Shown here one piece after another: positions 44,201 through 57,289 of a stretch of DNA of 64,000 bases (its first letter is position 1; each line of letters opens with the position of its first letter). The notes beneath the pieces are model-generated. The model made no database searches. It had not been told where the DNA came from and saw nothing but the letters and a program-made list of their open reading frames with translations. This DNA comes from Rhodosorus marinus CCMP1338 (taxonomy: Eukaryota; Plantae; Rhodophyta). The translations under genes were made by a program, and so were the position numbers. The DNA is taken from positions 1,116,001 to 1,180,000 of the forward strand of contig JAMWBK010000004.1 in the NCBI GenBank assembly GCA_029953675.1. Direction: 5' to 3'.

Positions 44201-45032
44201 TTGTGTTAGATTCGTTCTTTATAACCGTAGAGAAGAGCCCAGACTGAACTGTTCAAGAAAGGGGCGAGAACCCTCAACCCTGTCGTGACGAGAAAACCTC
44301 CAAACCGAAAGTTATAGTGGCTAGGGAACGAAAAAGGGTGTCAACCTGCTACGTCCGTTCCACAACCAGAACATGCTTGACACGTAATTCAGTTAATAGA
44401 TTTTCAGTGGAGCTTGAGTGTAAGTCAAAATAGGGAGAGTCCCATTTCGAGGGGATAGACCTTGATCATGCTGAAGCGCTCCAGATATTCAAAAAAACTC
44501 TGTCCTTGTCTTTTTACCCCGACGACACTGGAGGGCGAGCTTTGATGAATCCACGAGAAAAACGTGAATGATTTCAACAACTCTCAAATTGAAAATGGAT
44601 TCGTTCAAGTCCCTGGAGAGGGAGTTGCGTCCACTCCCTGCTCTTATCCTCATTAGTTGCGGTCGCTGAGGAGAAAATTATTCGAGACAGTAGTGGTCGC
44701 AAATGAATTCCTCAACCTTTTGGGTAGGGGTTTTCTGCAATGCTTTGTGTTCGTAAAGCCGGCTAACGTTGAGGGAAAAACTAGATGATGATAATCATTG
44801 ATAAGGCACCGAGCCAAAAACTCCGTCCACCTTGCTCCTTGACAATTGGCCGCCCCAGGGACACACAGGAACAGGGAAGCGGTGCCGGTTCCCTGGAATG
44901 AATTGGAACAGCTTTAGGAGAAGAAATTAATTGGATCTTCCGCTTCCAACAAGGACTTTGTCGAGATACGTTCATCGCCGAATAAAAGCCTTTCACTGTA
45001 ACATCCTTTTGAGATTTTTCAATGCTTTTCAT

Positions 45033-45065
45033 GAATATACTCAGGCTATGCTATTAAAGCCCAGC
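45033..45065 (+). mobile_element. Older family-B 3'-end stub with 8-bp TSD
   Basis: CTTTTCAT at 45025-45032 and 45066-45073 flanks ..TCAGGCTATGCTATTAAAGCCCAG. Confidence 0.65.
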
Positions 45066-47699
45066 CTTTTCATCAATGAGAGAGAGTTCAACATGTTGTC
45101 TGATGAGTCGCTGCCACGCCAATTGGATGGAAAGAGGTACGGAGAGCCTAGAGAGCTACTTTGCGCAACTCAATTGGATGGAAAATGGATAACAGGAGTT
45201 TGAGGTCATGGACCAGTCGGCAAGGGACTGCCGTGTGAATCTTAGTTTTATGCTGACATAATCTCGTCCTGGACACACTGCTTCTCGTCCAATGGACCCA
45301 AAACCAACCAGGGGAGTCGATAGAGGTGTATCTGAATCGAGAGGTGGCCCAGAAGCAGCGTGGGCAGCGTTGAATAACAGCTGGAAACAACTTGAAGTTT
45401 TCTTTTGGTTTTCATGGAAGGAATTTTGTCGTCGATCACCGGCTAAAGAATCCCGGATCATCATCATCATCAGCTGGAAGGGATATCTGAGAAAGAAACT
45501 GCAAGGGTTAATCTTATTGAGGGCGTGGAGAGGCCTCAAGGTCTCAATACTATGCGAATTTGATTGGGCGTACAATGACTAGTTTCACAACTTGAGAGAA
45601 CGAGCTTCGACCGTTACTTTTCCTATCAAGAAGGGAACGAGCCCATGCTTAATCCTTATCTCAAACTCTATGAGTATCCTCAAAGCAACCTGAAAAACAA
45701 CCAGGAAAAGAATGTACTCGTATATTTGGCGAGCAAGACAAAGCCTTTCCTTGTCGCCAAGGAGAACAGAGGGGAGAGTCCCACCTTGGTCTTGGATTCG
45801 ATTTCCATTATTGAATCCTGTTCCGTTTGTTGATTGTTGAATTCATCATGTCCGGACAACTCGAGCGTCGATTGGTAAGATTCAGATCAAGAAGCAACCC
45901 TTATTTTCGAACTGTGAAAACAACAGTCTATTACATAACTTGGTCGTCCACCACGACTAATCTCCTCCAAAAAATTACATTTCCAGCCCCAATGACTATC
46001 CGCCAAACTCCCTTTTCTCAACCTGCATGCTCGCTTGACGCCACGCGCAAGTGTTGCCAAATGATGATAACCAAAAGAGGATTCCAAACACTGCCAACAT
46101 CATTCCGTTCAGTCCACTCCGAACTCATCCTACCATTTCTATTGGATACGATGGCAATTTCATATCGAATATTATCCAATGTACATACGCAGTTGCTACT
46201 AGTCTAGTCAACAACTCAACTCTTCCAGTCAATTTGTGTCAGCTCTGTTCATCTCCGATTAAAAAAAAAAATGACTGATATTTTGATTGGGACGGAGATG
46301 CGGGAGCGTGGACTTCATAGGAACCTCCAAGCTGATGGCAGTATCTGAAGATGCTGATTCGAAGAAGATATGCCATCCAATGGTCCTGTTCGAACCAGCT
46401 TCCGCATAACCTACTTGTTCAATCGGATACGATGATAAAGTCCAGTGCTAAGATTCTAAAAGCATTTTGGAGCGGGAGCTTTGGTTGTTGACCAGGGTAC
46501 CCAACGATCCTTTATGTAACTTGGGTCCCTTGGGGAGCTGAAGAGAACCAACGGATTCGTTGCGACTCCCTATATTGCGAGTACTTCAAGAATACCACTG
46601 TCGGAGTATTCCGACGAGCAGACGCCGCACACTGGATGCCTTCACTCGGCCTGGACAAGCACCTCGTCAACCCACCAACAATCTTTCCAAAACCCTTGAA
46701 TTTATCCTCGTCAAATAGATATCCAGCTCATCTATCGCTTCTCCCCTCACCCTCTACTAGCCTTCTACTACAAGGCCTTCTACTACCCCAACTCGAACTC
46801 CGCATAACATTTCTGCGGAGTTCGAGTTGGGCTACACATTACGATGAGAGATTTTCATCGTCATCACCACCCAAAAATTATTCGACAGCTGTCCATCTCA
46901 AGAAACTCCTAAAATACAAATCTAATTTTCAAAATCATTTTAGAAATATGTTGTGTACAATTGGACATGATTTTGACTGATGTTCTAAATTGCCCAATGT
47001 TCGTACGAGAACTGTGGAATCTCCAATCAATACACAGAATTCTCAATCAATTGCAATCAGTTCAGCCAGTGAGCAGCTCGAACAATGAAGATTGATATTT
47101 TGGTTCGAACAGATGGGGTCTCACGTGGGGTCCCACGTGGACTTTGCCGGGAAGCCGACCAGTCAATTTCAACCTGATTCAGTCAGTTCGCGTCAGATAC
47201 GTCGAGCAATTTTTTCTCAAGGCGATAGTGACTGATATCTTGATTGGTATAGCGTTGGGGAAGGTGAGGGGGGCGGGCTGAATGCAAGCGTCCTCTTAAG
47301 AAAGTAGATAGAGAAATCCTGTGCACCGTGCATGCCGATGTGTTGATCTTTGCAGAATTCGATGTCCCGTTCTGTAGTCCACTCCACGGTTGGTTATGAA
47401 CCGACAACGGGGTGAGGGCCACGGTGAAGAGCTGAAAGCGTTGTTCAAGAACGCGGGGCCTGACGCGATGTTCGGCTTGTATCTGCGTCTGATCCGGTGG
47501 CTGGAGCCCTGAGAAAGAGTTGCTGCTTTGGAATTGGCTAGGTAATCTCAGGTCTCCAACGGGAAAACTTTGCAATTAACACGCAAACTGGAAGAAAACG
47601 AGCGGACTTTCAGGAACAGCGCCGCGCTGCTCGACCAGAGCAAACAGCTGCGTTGTGACTCTGAACTTGTAAAACTACGGTCCTACGGAAGGAATCAAC

Positions 47700-47900
47700 A
47701 GTCCCCGTAACCAATTAGTGAAGCACCACTTGCTTCACTAATTGTTCGTGAAGCCAAGACACTCAATGACCAGAGAACCGAAGATGTGCTCCAAGAAACA
47801 GGCAAGCACGGTCAGAGTTCCTGGGACTCATCATAAACGAGCTGTTTGTGGCTATGCCATTAGTCGCAGCAGTTGTGCCCTTAGGCGCTCGGGTATCTCG
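47700..47900 (-). mobile_element. Old diverged family-A RLE fragment
   Basis: GAAGCCAAGACACTCAATGACCAG resembles the LVIECFG-coding segment. Confidence 0.5.
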
Positions 47901-49337
47901 TTGAAGGGTACTGGGTCCAACTATACCATACCTTCTCACCCATATCTTGGCCCAGGTTTCACGGAACGGCCAACTACGGCAAGTAGCTAAACGGAAACGC
48001 AGGCAAAGCAAATTCGTTTATCGAGATCCCATAGTCTTTATTCGACAGGTACCTACTGCAGCGCATCACTGCACTTGAGTACGCACTACACTTCCCCAGA
48101 CCCCCTGCCCAGGGGTCTCCTCTCCAACAGTTCTAGAAGCTAGGTAACGGAAGCCACGGCCGATCAGCACGATCCTTCTCAATTGCATGTTGGACCGACC
48201 GTGCGTTGCGTTGCCATAGAGTGCTGACCTCTCGCAGGGATGGGTGTGTGTATCGCCGTCATAGAAGAGTGCGCTGGTCGCCCGGAGGAGCTCCAAGCAT
48301 GTTTGTTCCTAGTCGACCGTACGTCTCGAGAATAAACGAGACCAATCTCATATCGCGTCGCTCCATGGCAGTCACATCCCATAATGCAGGTCTTCTTCCT
48401 TGTCTGCTTCACCTCCACAGCATAACTGTTGCGCAAACTGCTCCTTTAAAGCGGTAAGGTATTGTCACTTTAACCTTTGCATGTCTGGGTTAGAATCAAC
48501 TGATCTGACCATTCTCCAGGCCAGGCTTCTGTACAAATCCATAAAGGTATAAGAACCTGTAAAACTACCACCTGGTCCAGTTGAAGAATATATTATCCGC
48601 TCTTTGTAGCACATGAATTTGAAGTGGGCATGCCGAATCTTGTAGGTGGATGGAGCAGGCTCAAACCGCCTATATATGTGAACTGATTTAGTCCACCTTC
48701 TCACTTACTGGACCAGTTCATTCAGAAACAAGCTGCTTTGAGGAGCGTGCGAGAATAAAAAACGAAACCGAGGACACGGAACCAGGAGAGCCCAAGCTTC
48801 AACAAGCAATGCGGCCGAAGGCGAACAACTGAGTTGTGACAACGGACGGCGAAGACCACGAGTCTCGGGAAGGACGTAATCAGTGGAACCGATTGGCACC
48901 CTCAATATCCATCCGACCCAGACATTTCATGACAAGGAGTACAGTACCCGTTCCAGAGCAGACACAACGCGGCCAGCGATGCCCAGAGTATCATCATCCA
49001 ACCTTCCGCTGCCCCCAGAAAGCAATGGCCATCGTCCGAACTCTATGCTCCACGCAGTCGTCGATCGGACAAAGGTCATAGACGAAAGTGGTTACCATTC
49101 AGCTCTCGAAGCTTTGAATAAGAGGAAGGGATGCGGTGGTTTTTCAAACCCAGTAGGAATTGTAATGAAGCAAAAACTGCTAAACGCTAACTCGCAAGCC
49201 TTTTAGTATTCAAAAACTCCGGCCATTTCAAACAGGGAAGGTAGCCGACAAAAGCAATAAGAATCCGGTTGGTGCCAAACATTGTTTTTTCCCTGAACAT
49301 AACCAACCGAGTGTAATGTGTGGTCCCTCCTCACTGT

Positions 49338-50345
49338 CTATGTGGAACCGAAAAATCTATAAGTGTATGTAAAGTCCTCAGTATCGAAGACGAGCGTTGC
49401 AGTAGCGTTGCTCACTGGCTCCCTCGGGCTGAAACGAACGATCAGTTCGACGGGATCTTTGCCCCTGCGGTTCATGGTGCCGCTGTCTGGTGCGACGGAA
49501 AAGGCATGGTGCGAGTCGCTCGTGAAGGCGCAGCGGTACGGTGCGAAGGTCATGTACTCATTGTCCACTCTGATTTCGGTGACCGCCGTCGAGTCAATGT
49601 TGGTCTTCAGCTCATATGTCCCGGAAGGTTCCTTCGATGGGTCAACTTTCAGGTCACCCCAATCCTGACCATCGCGTCGCTGCCCAGCTGGCTGTTTCAC
49701 ATTTCGCTTAATTATTGTCGGCTCCCACGGCTTTTCCCCAAACATTTCACCAGTCTGGCGCCCCTCCCTAGTTTGGTGCATTGCACGCTGGTTGTGCCAA
49801 TTTTCTATCTGCTGTGCTCGAACCTCGTCCATTCTATGTGTCCTTCTCTGTTCGTCGGTGATGTTCTCTATCAACTTTTCGGCGTAACCCGTAGTACGAC
49901 CAAAGTAGTTCGCTCCTGCCGAGGCCACACGCGAATCCATTGCTGACTTAACCTGCCCGATTTGCTCAGTCGGGATGTCCTCAAGGTTTTTCGACTCCAA
50001 GAAACCTCCCCGCAACATTTCCGTGGAGTTATGCTGATCCTCAAGATCCATATTTCCATCCCCAACAACACCACCACCAGAGTCACCCCCGTCAAACTCC
50101 ATATCACCACCTCCTTCCAGGAAGCTATTCATGCCCTCCTCAGCCTGCTTCATCGTGCCCCCATGGTACTTTCCGGTCTCCCGCGACCGGATATAATCCT
50201 CATATGAGGTTGGGGTCCCTTCAGCTGCCACTGTGACGAATCGACGCGACACTCGAGTCGCAGACCGAGAAGGCCGTCCATCCACAGGCGAGACAGTTGA
50301 TTTGAAAAGTGTCGCCGGGGTTTGAATAAAGAGTACCCGCTCCAT
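49338..50345 (-). CDS. Probable plastid-targeted protein with a C-terminal Ig/PapD-like domain; function unknown (likely ATG 50345)
   Basis: Ser/Thr/Arg-rich, acid-poor N-terminus typical of a transit peptide (MERVLFIQTPATLFKSTVSP..RRFVTVAA). Gly/acidic motif EFDGGDSGGGVVGDG. Beta-rich C-terminus FSVAPDSGTMNRRG..LVFDTED. Confidence 0.8.
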   Translation of the reverse strand: MERVLFIQTPATLFKSTVSPVDGRPSRSATRVSRRFVTVAAEGTPTSYEDYIRSRETGKYHGGTMKQAEEGMNSFLEGGGDMEFDGGDSGGGVVGDGNMDLEDQHNSTEMLRGGFLESKNLEDIPTEQIGQVKSAMDSRVASAGANYFGRTTGYAEKLIENITDEQRRTHRMDEVRAQQIENWHNQRAMHQTREGRQTGEMFGEKPWEPTIIKRNVKQPAGQRRDGQDWGDLKVDPSKEPSGTYELKTNIDSTAVTEIRVDNEYMTFAPYRCAFTSDSHHAFSVAPDSGTMNRRGKDPVELIVRFSPREPVSNATATLVFDTEDFTYTYRFFGST

Positions 50346-52754
50346 AGTATATGCACAGTCAACTATTTTCAACTCAGACACAAAAATCAAAGGTGATGTT
50401 TTCGCGAACCGCCCGTCCAAAAACCCTTAGCCCTGCCTTTACTCTTTCCAAAACAAAGGTCCACAAAACCCGTCCTCCTCCTCCTCCTCTTCCTCTTCCT
50501 TCTCGTCCTCCTCCCCAGCAAAGCAGACCCTTATTTCCTTTTATATACTCTTCCTCATCCCAAGGCTCCCAACCCCCCAAAACAACTCGTCCAAGATAAA
50601 ATTTGGTTCAAGTCAAACGCGAGTAACAATTCCTAACGAAATATATATCTGAGGTCCAAATTTTCATCAAAAAGCAAGCCCTCTTCTCCCTGCATACCAC
50701 CCCCCCTCCCTCCCTCCTCTCCTCGTCCCAGCCAGAAGATACGGGCTTGCAGGAGAGCGGATCCAATCTGCTCCTTCCACAAGGAAACACCACGGCCATA
50801 ATCTGGAGAGATATCATCTCCAGTAGTCATCATTGGGCACTGAAAAGCGATATTCAAAAGCGGCTGTTTTATTTTCAACAAGACGAAAACATATCGCTCA
50901 AAATATTCCAAAAATATTTTGCCACGTGTTTTATAAAAATACATTAGCCAATAAAAAAGCTAAAAAACGCGTCGTTCAGTCATTAACCGCGCATCAATCA
51001 TTTGTGAAGTGAATGAAGACCCCACATTTCTTTATATGCACAAAAAATAGTAAAACACGATGTAAAATTCTGTTTGGTGTCTTTTTATGCGAAAATCTAA
51101 GAAAAACAAAAAAATTCGGAGGCGGTGAGAAAAAGGGGGGGTGGGGGGTATGTGTGTGTGTTGCAGTCGTATCTGAAAAGAGGAGCCTGAAAAGTACGTG
51201 ACCGGGTACAAATTTGGCTGAACGTCAACTGTTGTGTAGTGTGCCGGCAAAATTTGAGTATTTATGAATCCACATTTGGATCTATTTTTCATAATTTCTT
51301 TCTTTTTTTGTCGCTTAGCTTCGGTTTTATGCTCGTGTTGCGTTTTCCCGCACGTTTAAGCCTCTGAGGGATACGTAATAAGGAAACGATGAGAAAAGAA
51401 AGCAATATATTAAAGAGCGCGTATGTTTTAGGTTTATCTTAGTATTTTTAACTGAGCTAGATCAACAACCTTTGCTCTAAGTCTACTTCGTATAGTCCAC
51501 CTGAGCATAACAATGCGGCAAAAACCGCAAATTCCAAACTCAGATTTCTAAAACCACACCGCACGTCTTTAATATATCCCCTCATCCTCGTATCCGTTCG
51601 TACTAATGACCAGTTTTACCATAAACCCTGCGCAGTGCTGTGGCTATTGTTTGTTGAATTTGGGATGAAAAACTTTGGATTATGAGCGTACGAGGGAACA
51701 AATTTGGCAGACTTTTAAAGATTCGCGAGGTATATAGTCAAAATCTGTGCACTGCTATCCCAATCTTCTTGGGCCGTTTGCGGCCCTTGGACTGATTTTT
51801 GCTTTAACACCGTCTTTTAGACCGTATTTTATACCGTCCAATGCCTCTTTATGAAAGCTGATCTTTCCTGCCCATGCGCTCGCAAACAAGCGACCAAGGA
51901 AGAGTTTTCTGGTTAGTATGCCAGCTTTTTATTGGTGCCGGTGGTAACTTGAGAAAACCTCTCCGGCGCCTCCGAGTGCCAGATTTCGGAATTCTTCAGT
52001 TTGATTGGCGCGAGATCTACCGGTTCGATTGGGCCTGTTTTGACGATCTGCTGGATATACCTCAATTCGACATGTTTGCGATGTCATGGTTTCCAGTTGA
52101 CTATCTGAATATCTTGCTTTTTAGGGTTTTCATGCATTTAGGAATATCGAAATTCTATAGTATTTTGCTGTTCTTTTGGGGATCCTCGCTCGGAAGTTTG
52201 ATGGGAGATTCGGCATTTCGTGCCTGGTTGGCCTCGAAATAATATAATAATAGTTGTTTTTTCGTTTGTTGGCCAGAAAAAGAACCGGAAATCCAAATTA
52301 TGGTAGAATGTCAATGACTTGTGTTTCTTTTAAGGGTTTCGGAATGAGATTTGTCCCGTATCTGCTGGGACATCCTAACCCCGCTCATGTGGCTTGCGTG
52401 CGTCAAATTGGATGTTTCATGTGACCATCATCATCATTTATTTAGAGGAAGAAGGCTTTGCTAGACCGAGAGAACTGACTTCCAACACGAGTGACCGGAT
52501 CAGCTTAATCGAAGGGGCTAAGGCCCCCAATCGAGGTACGCTAGGAAGAGTGCAGAGAGCCCACCTCCAAAATCGCGACAGCGTTGCCTGGTGATCTTGA
52601 AGCGTCAAGCTTGGAGTTCCACTGACGATCCTCCCGAGTACCTTGTACTCATACAACGGTTCATTTTCGCTTTATGGCGAATTTTCTACCAGCATGCTAG
52701 CCGAGCCTCGCCATCGACGCCTTGGCGTCCACGCCTAGATCCCGTTGCGGTATG

Positions 52755-53166
52755 AAATGAGATAGCCGCAGTACGACGTACTTTGATCTTGCTGTTCCTC
52801 ATCCTCAGGCCAGTGGTTCTTTGCCGGCTGTGGGAGAGCGCCGAGGATTTGCCTCTGCCAGTATGAGACGTTGCAAGGAGTTCAAATACGCGGGGGCTTT
52901 GCCTTCCCCAGGCATTCGTGCTTGGGCTCTAGCTCATCGCCTGGTACCTCTGGTCAATGAATGCTTTGGGTTTATGGATTCCGTTGGTTCTCGTTGGCTT
53001 CCGCGAACGCCCTGACCGTCTGTCCTCGTTGTTTACCCGTTTAAGTTTCTTGCTGTGGCGTATGAATACTACTTTGATGTTGGAGGAGCGCGATCTTCGC
53101 CGCGCATTGTCTTTCTTCGAGCTTCGAGGTTTCTTTCCGTATCTCTCCGATTAAACCAATTCATCC
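52755..53166 (+). mobile_element. Family-A 5'-truncated copy
   Basis: Homologous to 35720-36140; tail CCGATTAAACCAATTCATCCA. Confidence 0.85.
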
Positions 53167-53178
53167 ATTACGACGACT

Positions 53179-53262
53179 GACGAATGGTTTAATCGGAGGC
53201 TGAAAGAAAAAACTCCGAGGGGTAAAAAGACTAAGTGCGGCGAAGAACTCGCGCCTCCAACG
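53179..53262 (-). mobile_element. ~84-bp family-A 3' stub, tail-to-tail with the previous copy
   Basis: Reverse complement of the young-subfamily 3' end; the tails are about 12 bp apart. Confidence 0.85.
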
Positions 53263-53695
53263 CTTGAAATACGTATCTTGACTGAAGCACTTACTAATTT
53301 TCCATTATATGATATTGGTATTAGCTGTATTTCTAAAATGGATTGATTGACTTTAATTGAGTTGACCAACGCTAGAAGTTCTCGCCTCCATCACCTGTGA
53401 GCAGCTCGTCAAGAGCGTAAGGGGCGAGTCCATGGAGTGATGACTCGAGCGGTGATGCTTACGACGACAACTTCGTCGTGTAAACCCATAAGATTGATAA
53501 AATTATCCCATTCCGCTCTTGTTTTACGCCCGTTTTTCCGTAATCCAACAGTCTCCTATCGCCCAACCGCATCGGAACTGGCAGCTCACTTCAAGGGATC
53601 CCCAGAAGCTTTTTCTTTATCAGAGCTAAAAAACTTCAACCCCTCAACGAGGTATCTGCAATAACATCAGGGCATGCACGGAATCCACAGTGATC

Positions 53696-55812
53696 CTAAA
53701 CCGGGATAAGCATCAGCTCACACCTACTAGTCTTCTTTCTTGATCCTTCTGCTTCAACCTGCCCCTTCGCCGAAACCATTAGACAGCCGGCGTTTCCCTT
53801 CGTGTTTACGGGAGTTAGTATGGTATAGCCGTTTGTCGTGATAGTCACCTCAAAATGGGTCGCTTGCCAGGGCGTTGCAATGGCAAATATCCTGTTGGTT
53901 TCGAGGCTTGTGCCAGAAGCCACAAGGTACATTCCAGCTTTTGCTTTGAGGATAACGAGTCCCTTATCTATTATTGGGCCGCCCTCAAAGGACGTTCCCT
54001 CCTCTGGCAAAACTTGGAAGACAAACCGATCCCTGAAGCCTTGCAATGGAAACGTCTCCCTCTCTGCTACGATTTCTGAGTATTTCGGCGTAGTCTCCCA
54101 CAGTTTGTTCTGAAAGCTATCACGAATCACGACTTCGCTCCCCATTGAAGGGTAACCCGAACGAATCCTCGAGACTTTCATCTTACTAGCTGCCGATTTG
54201 CGTATCTTAGCCTCGATTCTCTCCTGCCATGCTAATCTGAGGTACCCATACTTTTCGACTCTAGATTGAAAAGCAAGCGACGTCCACCCGAAATCCTTAA
54301 TCTGAAACCAGAATCTCTCCGGAAGACTTGAAACATAGAATAAGAACCGATAGTTATCTACAGCTTTCAGTAACACCCTCGACGCAGGGTCGGGGAACCC
54401 AATTGAGGCGACCAAGCCGGTTTTCGCGCTGGCAGTACAATCGAGCCCTCGCTCCCAGATGACGCAGCTTGTTCGGGAATAGCTGACACAACCATCCACT
54501 GTGCGGAGATGTCGGTGGTATTAGAGTCTGCTTTGACTCCGTTGGCTACCGCTATATAAAATTTGTTCTTCACAACTTGGATTGCGATAGTGTCACCAGG
54601 ATTAACATCTTGTCCGGTTTCGATATCCTTTGGTTCCCGGAAATCAGCAGTTACGAGCTCGTGGATAGATGTTCCAAGATATGTATGGGTCAGGTACCCA
54701 CGACTGCTCCTCCTCGCGCAGTCACCGTATGGTGATACGAAATCCCATTCGACCAGGCCATTTTCGCTCACCTTGACAAACCATGACCCCGTTCCCTCCG
54801 CCATCTTGTCGCCTCCTTTTGGTGAATCAGAGCTTCCTACTAGAAGAAGGCCACCATCCTCTTCAGCAACAATCGACTGGAGAGTCTCATCTCCACTGGT
54901 CTGAACCGTCCTTTCCAATAAATGTACCCCTTCAGGAGACAATGTGTATATCCTATAAGCACCTGCTTTCACTTTGCCACCACCAGGAGAGATTTCGCTG
55001 TACCCTGTAGTGCATCCAATATAGTAGTTACCGGCCGTCGATAACGCGGGCCTTAAGTTTCGTGCTGCCCTACAGCCCCTGCTCAAGTAGCGGAGCCACA
55101 CTTTCTCGCCTCTTATGTTATACTTGGCGACCGCCACACGATTTTCAGAGTCATTGACTGCAATGATTACGCTCTCGTTCTCAACTTCAAGAATTCCACC
55201 GCCACGGGGAACATCGTAGTTCCTGGGAATCACAGCGGGCATTTCAAACAAAGGCTTCCCGTCGGCGCTATACTTTACGGGAAGGTAGTCGTCTGACACC
55301 ACGGATCCATCCCTTAGCACAACGACATCACCAACAGAGTCATCTTGATGATGTACGAATGGTGCATACCAGAGACTGCTCCCAGTTGAGCTATATCTCG
55401 TGATCAAGCCTCCAGCGAAATCTTTGAATTCATCTTTCTGCTGGGGAAAAGCTTTTGCGTATTCCTCAATTGGATCTAAACCGCCGCTTTCATATCCCTT
55501 CGCTACAAAGCCACCCTCTTCACTCGTCGCAACCCTTTCACATCCATTCCATCGTATCCTATTCTTGACAAGAGCTCGAAGAGTATCCCTCCCTTGCACA
55601 AAGTACGTGCAACGCGACTTTGGTGGTCTAGAGCCAGCAATCCCCCGAGAAACGCCAGCAAAGTTTCCATCGGGTAAGGTCCAAACATCTACTAAATGAG
55701 GGAGAATCTTCCCTTCATCTGAGAAGGTCAGAAGAAAGTCCTTCACCTCCCCATCCACAACAACAGCAGCAACCGCCACAATAACCGCCCAAAAGAATCC
55801 ATACCCCCTCAT
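53696..55812 (-). CDS. Secreted beta-propeller plus fascin-like beta-trefoil protein, split by a probable 1-bp frameshift near 54431 (or a short intron)
   Basis: Signal peptide MRGYGFFWAVIVAVAAVVVDG. Repeat SGDETLQSIVAEEDGGLLLVGSSDSPKGGDK..WFVKVSENGLVEW resembles Bacteroidetes extracellular propeller repeats. Trefoil-like motifs DTIAIQ..KFYIAV, VLLKAVDNYRFL, VILKAKAGMYLVA. Two overlapping ORFs lie in different frames. Confidence 0.7.
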
Positions 55813-56559
55813 TTTAAGATTCTCCAGCGCCCTCCCCCTGGTAACCATATGATCAACCACAAACCTCCCCACGACAAATCTGTTTCAACTCATAGAACTC
55901 ACCCTCTCTCCTCCCTTCCCAACCCTTCTCAACCCCCTCAACCCTTAGAATAAATACTCTCAAATCGGACACCTAACAATACCGGATCTTACCGTTCCCA
56001 AACTAAGCTAGTGCGCCATGAGAAAAAATACTAAGGAGCCCTTTGACCGAAGTTAAAAGCTTTACCCTAAAAGCATTAAAACAAATTCATTCAAGACTAT
56101 GTCACCAAAGCAAAGCATATCTCGTCCCCGAAGGTATAACCCCCCCCGCGCGCATGCGCACTCTCCGAGCTATTGGTCCGAGGGCATGTCCACTGAGGAT
56201 ACACACATAGACAAAACCCAAGAATTGGCTGTTCTTCAAAGAATTAGCAGTCAAGAAATTCTACAGAAAACATAAAATAGTTTCTTAAATTTATTACTGT
56301 TAATTGAGAAACTAGATACCACGTGAAATATATATGAATTCATAGTTTGTGTATATTAATTTCCAAAATAATATCTTGTATGGTCTGAATATTTCTTTTA
56401 TACAGTTCGCCGCTGCTAATGGATTGGGAAGTGTGTTGACTATTGATTTTTTTGTTTAGTTTCCGCGATGGATTGGAAGTGGTGTATTGATGATTGACTT
56501 TTTTGTTCAGTTCCACTAAACAAATCTCCCGATTGAAGAAAAGCACCTCTAGGGAAGAG

Positions 56560-56830
56560 AAACCGACTACGCCCGGCTGGCGAGAAGGGGTATCGCGCGC
56601 TTTTCGAGTATCAAGTCAGCGTTGAAACAGCATAGCAGGAAACTTTGACGGGTAAACAAGCGAGGAGAGGTTGTCAGGGCGCTCGCGGAACAACTCCCGA
56701 AAGCCAACGAGATTCAACGGAATCCGTAAAACAAAACACTAAATGACCCGAGGTACCGGGTGATGAGCAAAAGCCGAAGCGCGAATGACCGGGGGCAAGA
56801 CAAAGCCCCGGCCATATTTGCCAGCCTGAA
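56560..56830 (-). mobile_element. Diverged family-A 3' fragment
   Basis: Reverse complement contains GGGAGTTGTTCCGCGAGCGCCCTGAC and CTTGTTTACCCGT. Confidence 0.7.
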
Positions 56831-56944
56831 TTAATGGATTTGTGAAAGATTGTCAAGTTGCTTTCTCAAAGGGGTAAATATTCATGAAACCTCCTGGGTT
56901 GAATGAATTTTGAATTAATATTCAAGGCTCCCACTTTTTTGAGA

Positions 56945-56990
56945 AGGGGGTGTAAAGACCCAACCAACAAGTTGGGTCTTTACACCCCCT
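56945..56990. repeat. Perfect palindrome with 20-bp arms and a 6-nt loop
   Basis: AGGGGGTGTAAAGACCCAAC-CAACAA-GTTGGGTCTTTACACCCCCT. Confidence 0.95.
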
Positions 56991-57289
56991 GACGTACGTA
57001 GAAAAGAGTTGGGCCAACCTTTGAGGAGGTGGGAAACACCATCAAAATTTTATTTCATTACACTGATTTGATCACTCATGTCCCAATATTCACCTGGTCC
57101 CCCTCCCGCCCCCCTTTACTTCCCCTTTCCCTTGCCACACAGACCATTCTTTCCTGTCAGTTTACCCTCTGGTCACCTTGTGCGGAACGTCCAAGGCAGC
57201 CATGTTTCATCGAGGAGAGGCGGTCAGAGGGCCGTGCTCAGAATTTAGATTGCTTACTTCTGCGGAGCACCTCTTTTACGCCTCCACAA

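Noticed and set aside
45600-49200. Scattered LINE-like and LRR-like peptide fragments
   Set aside because: Motifs are too short and degenerate to classify by eye.
54500-54552. 51-nt GT..CTAAT..CAG candidate intron in the split gene
   Set aside because: Its length is a multiple of three, so it cannot join the two frames, and the segment encodes plausible trefoil residues.
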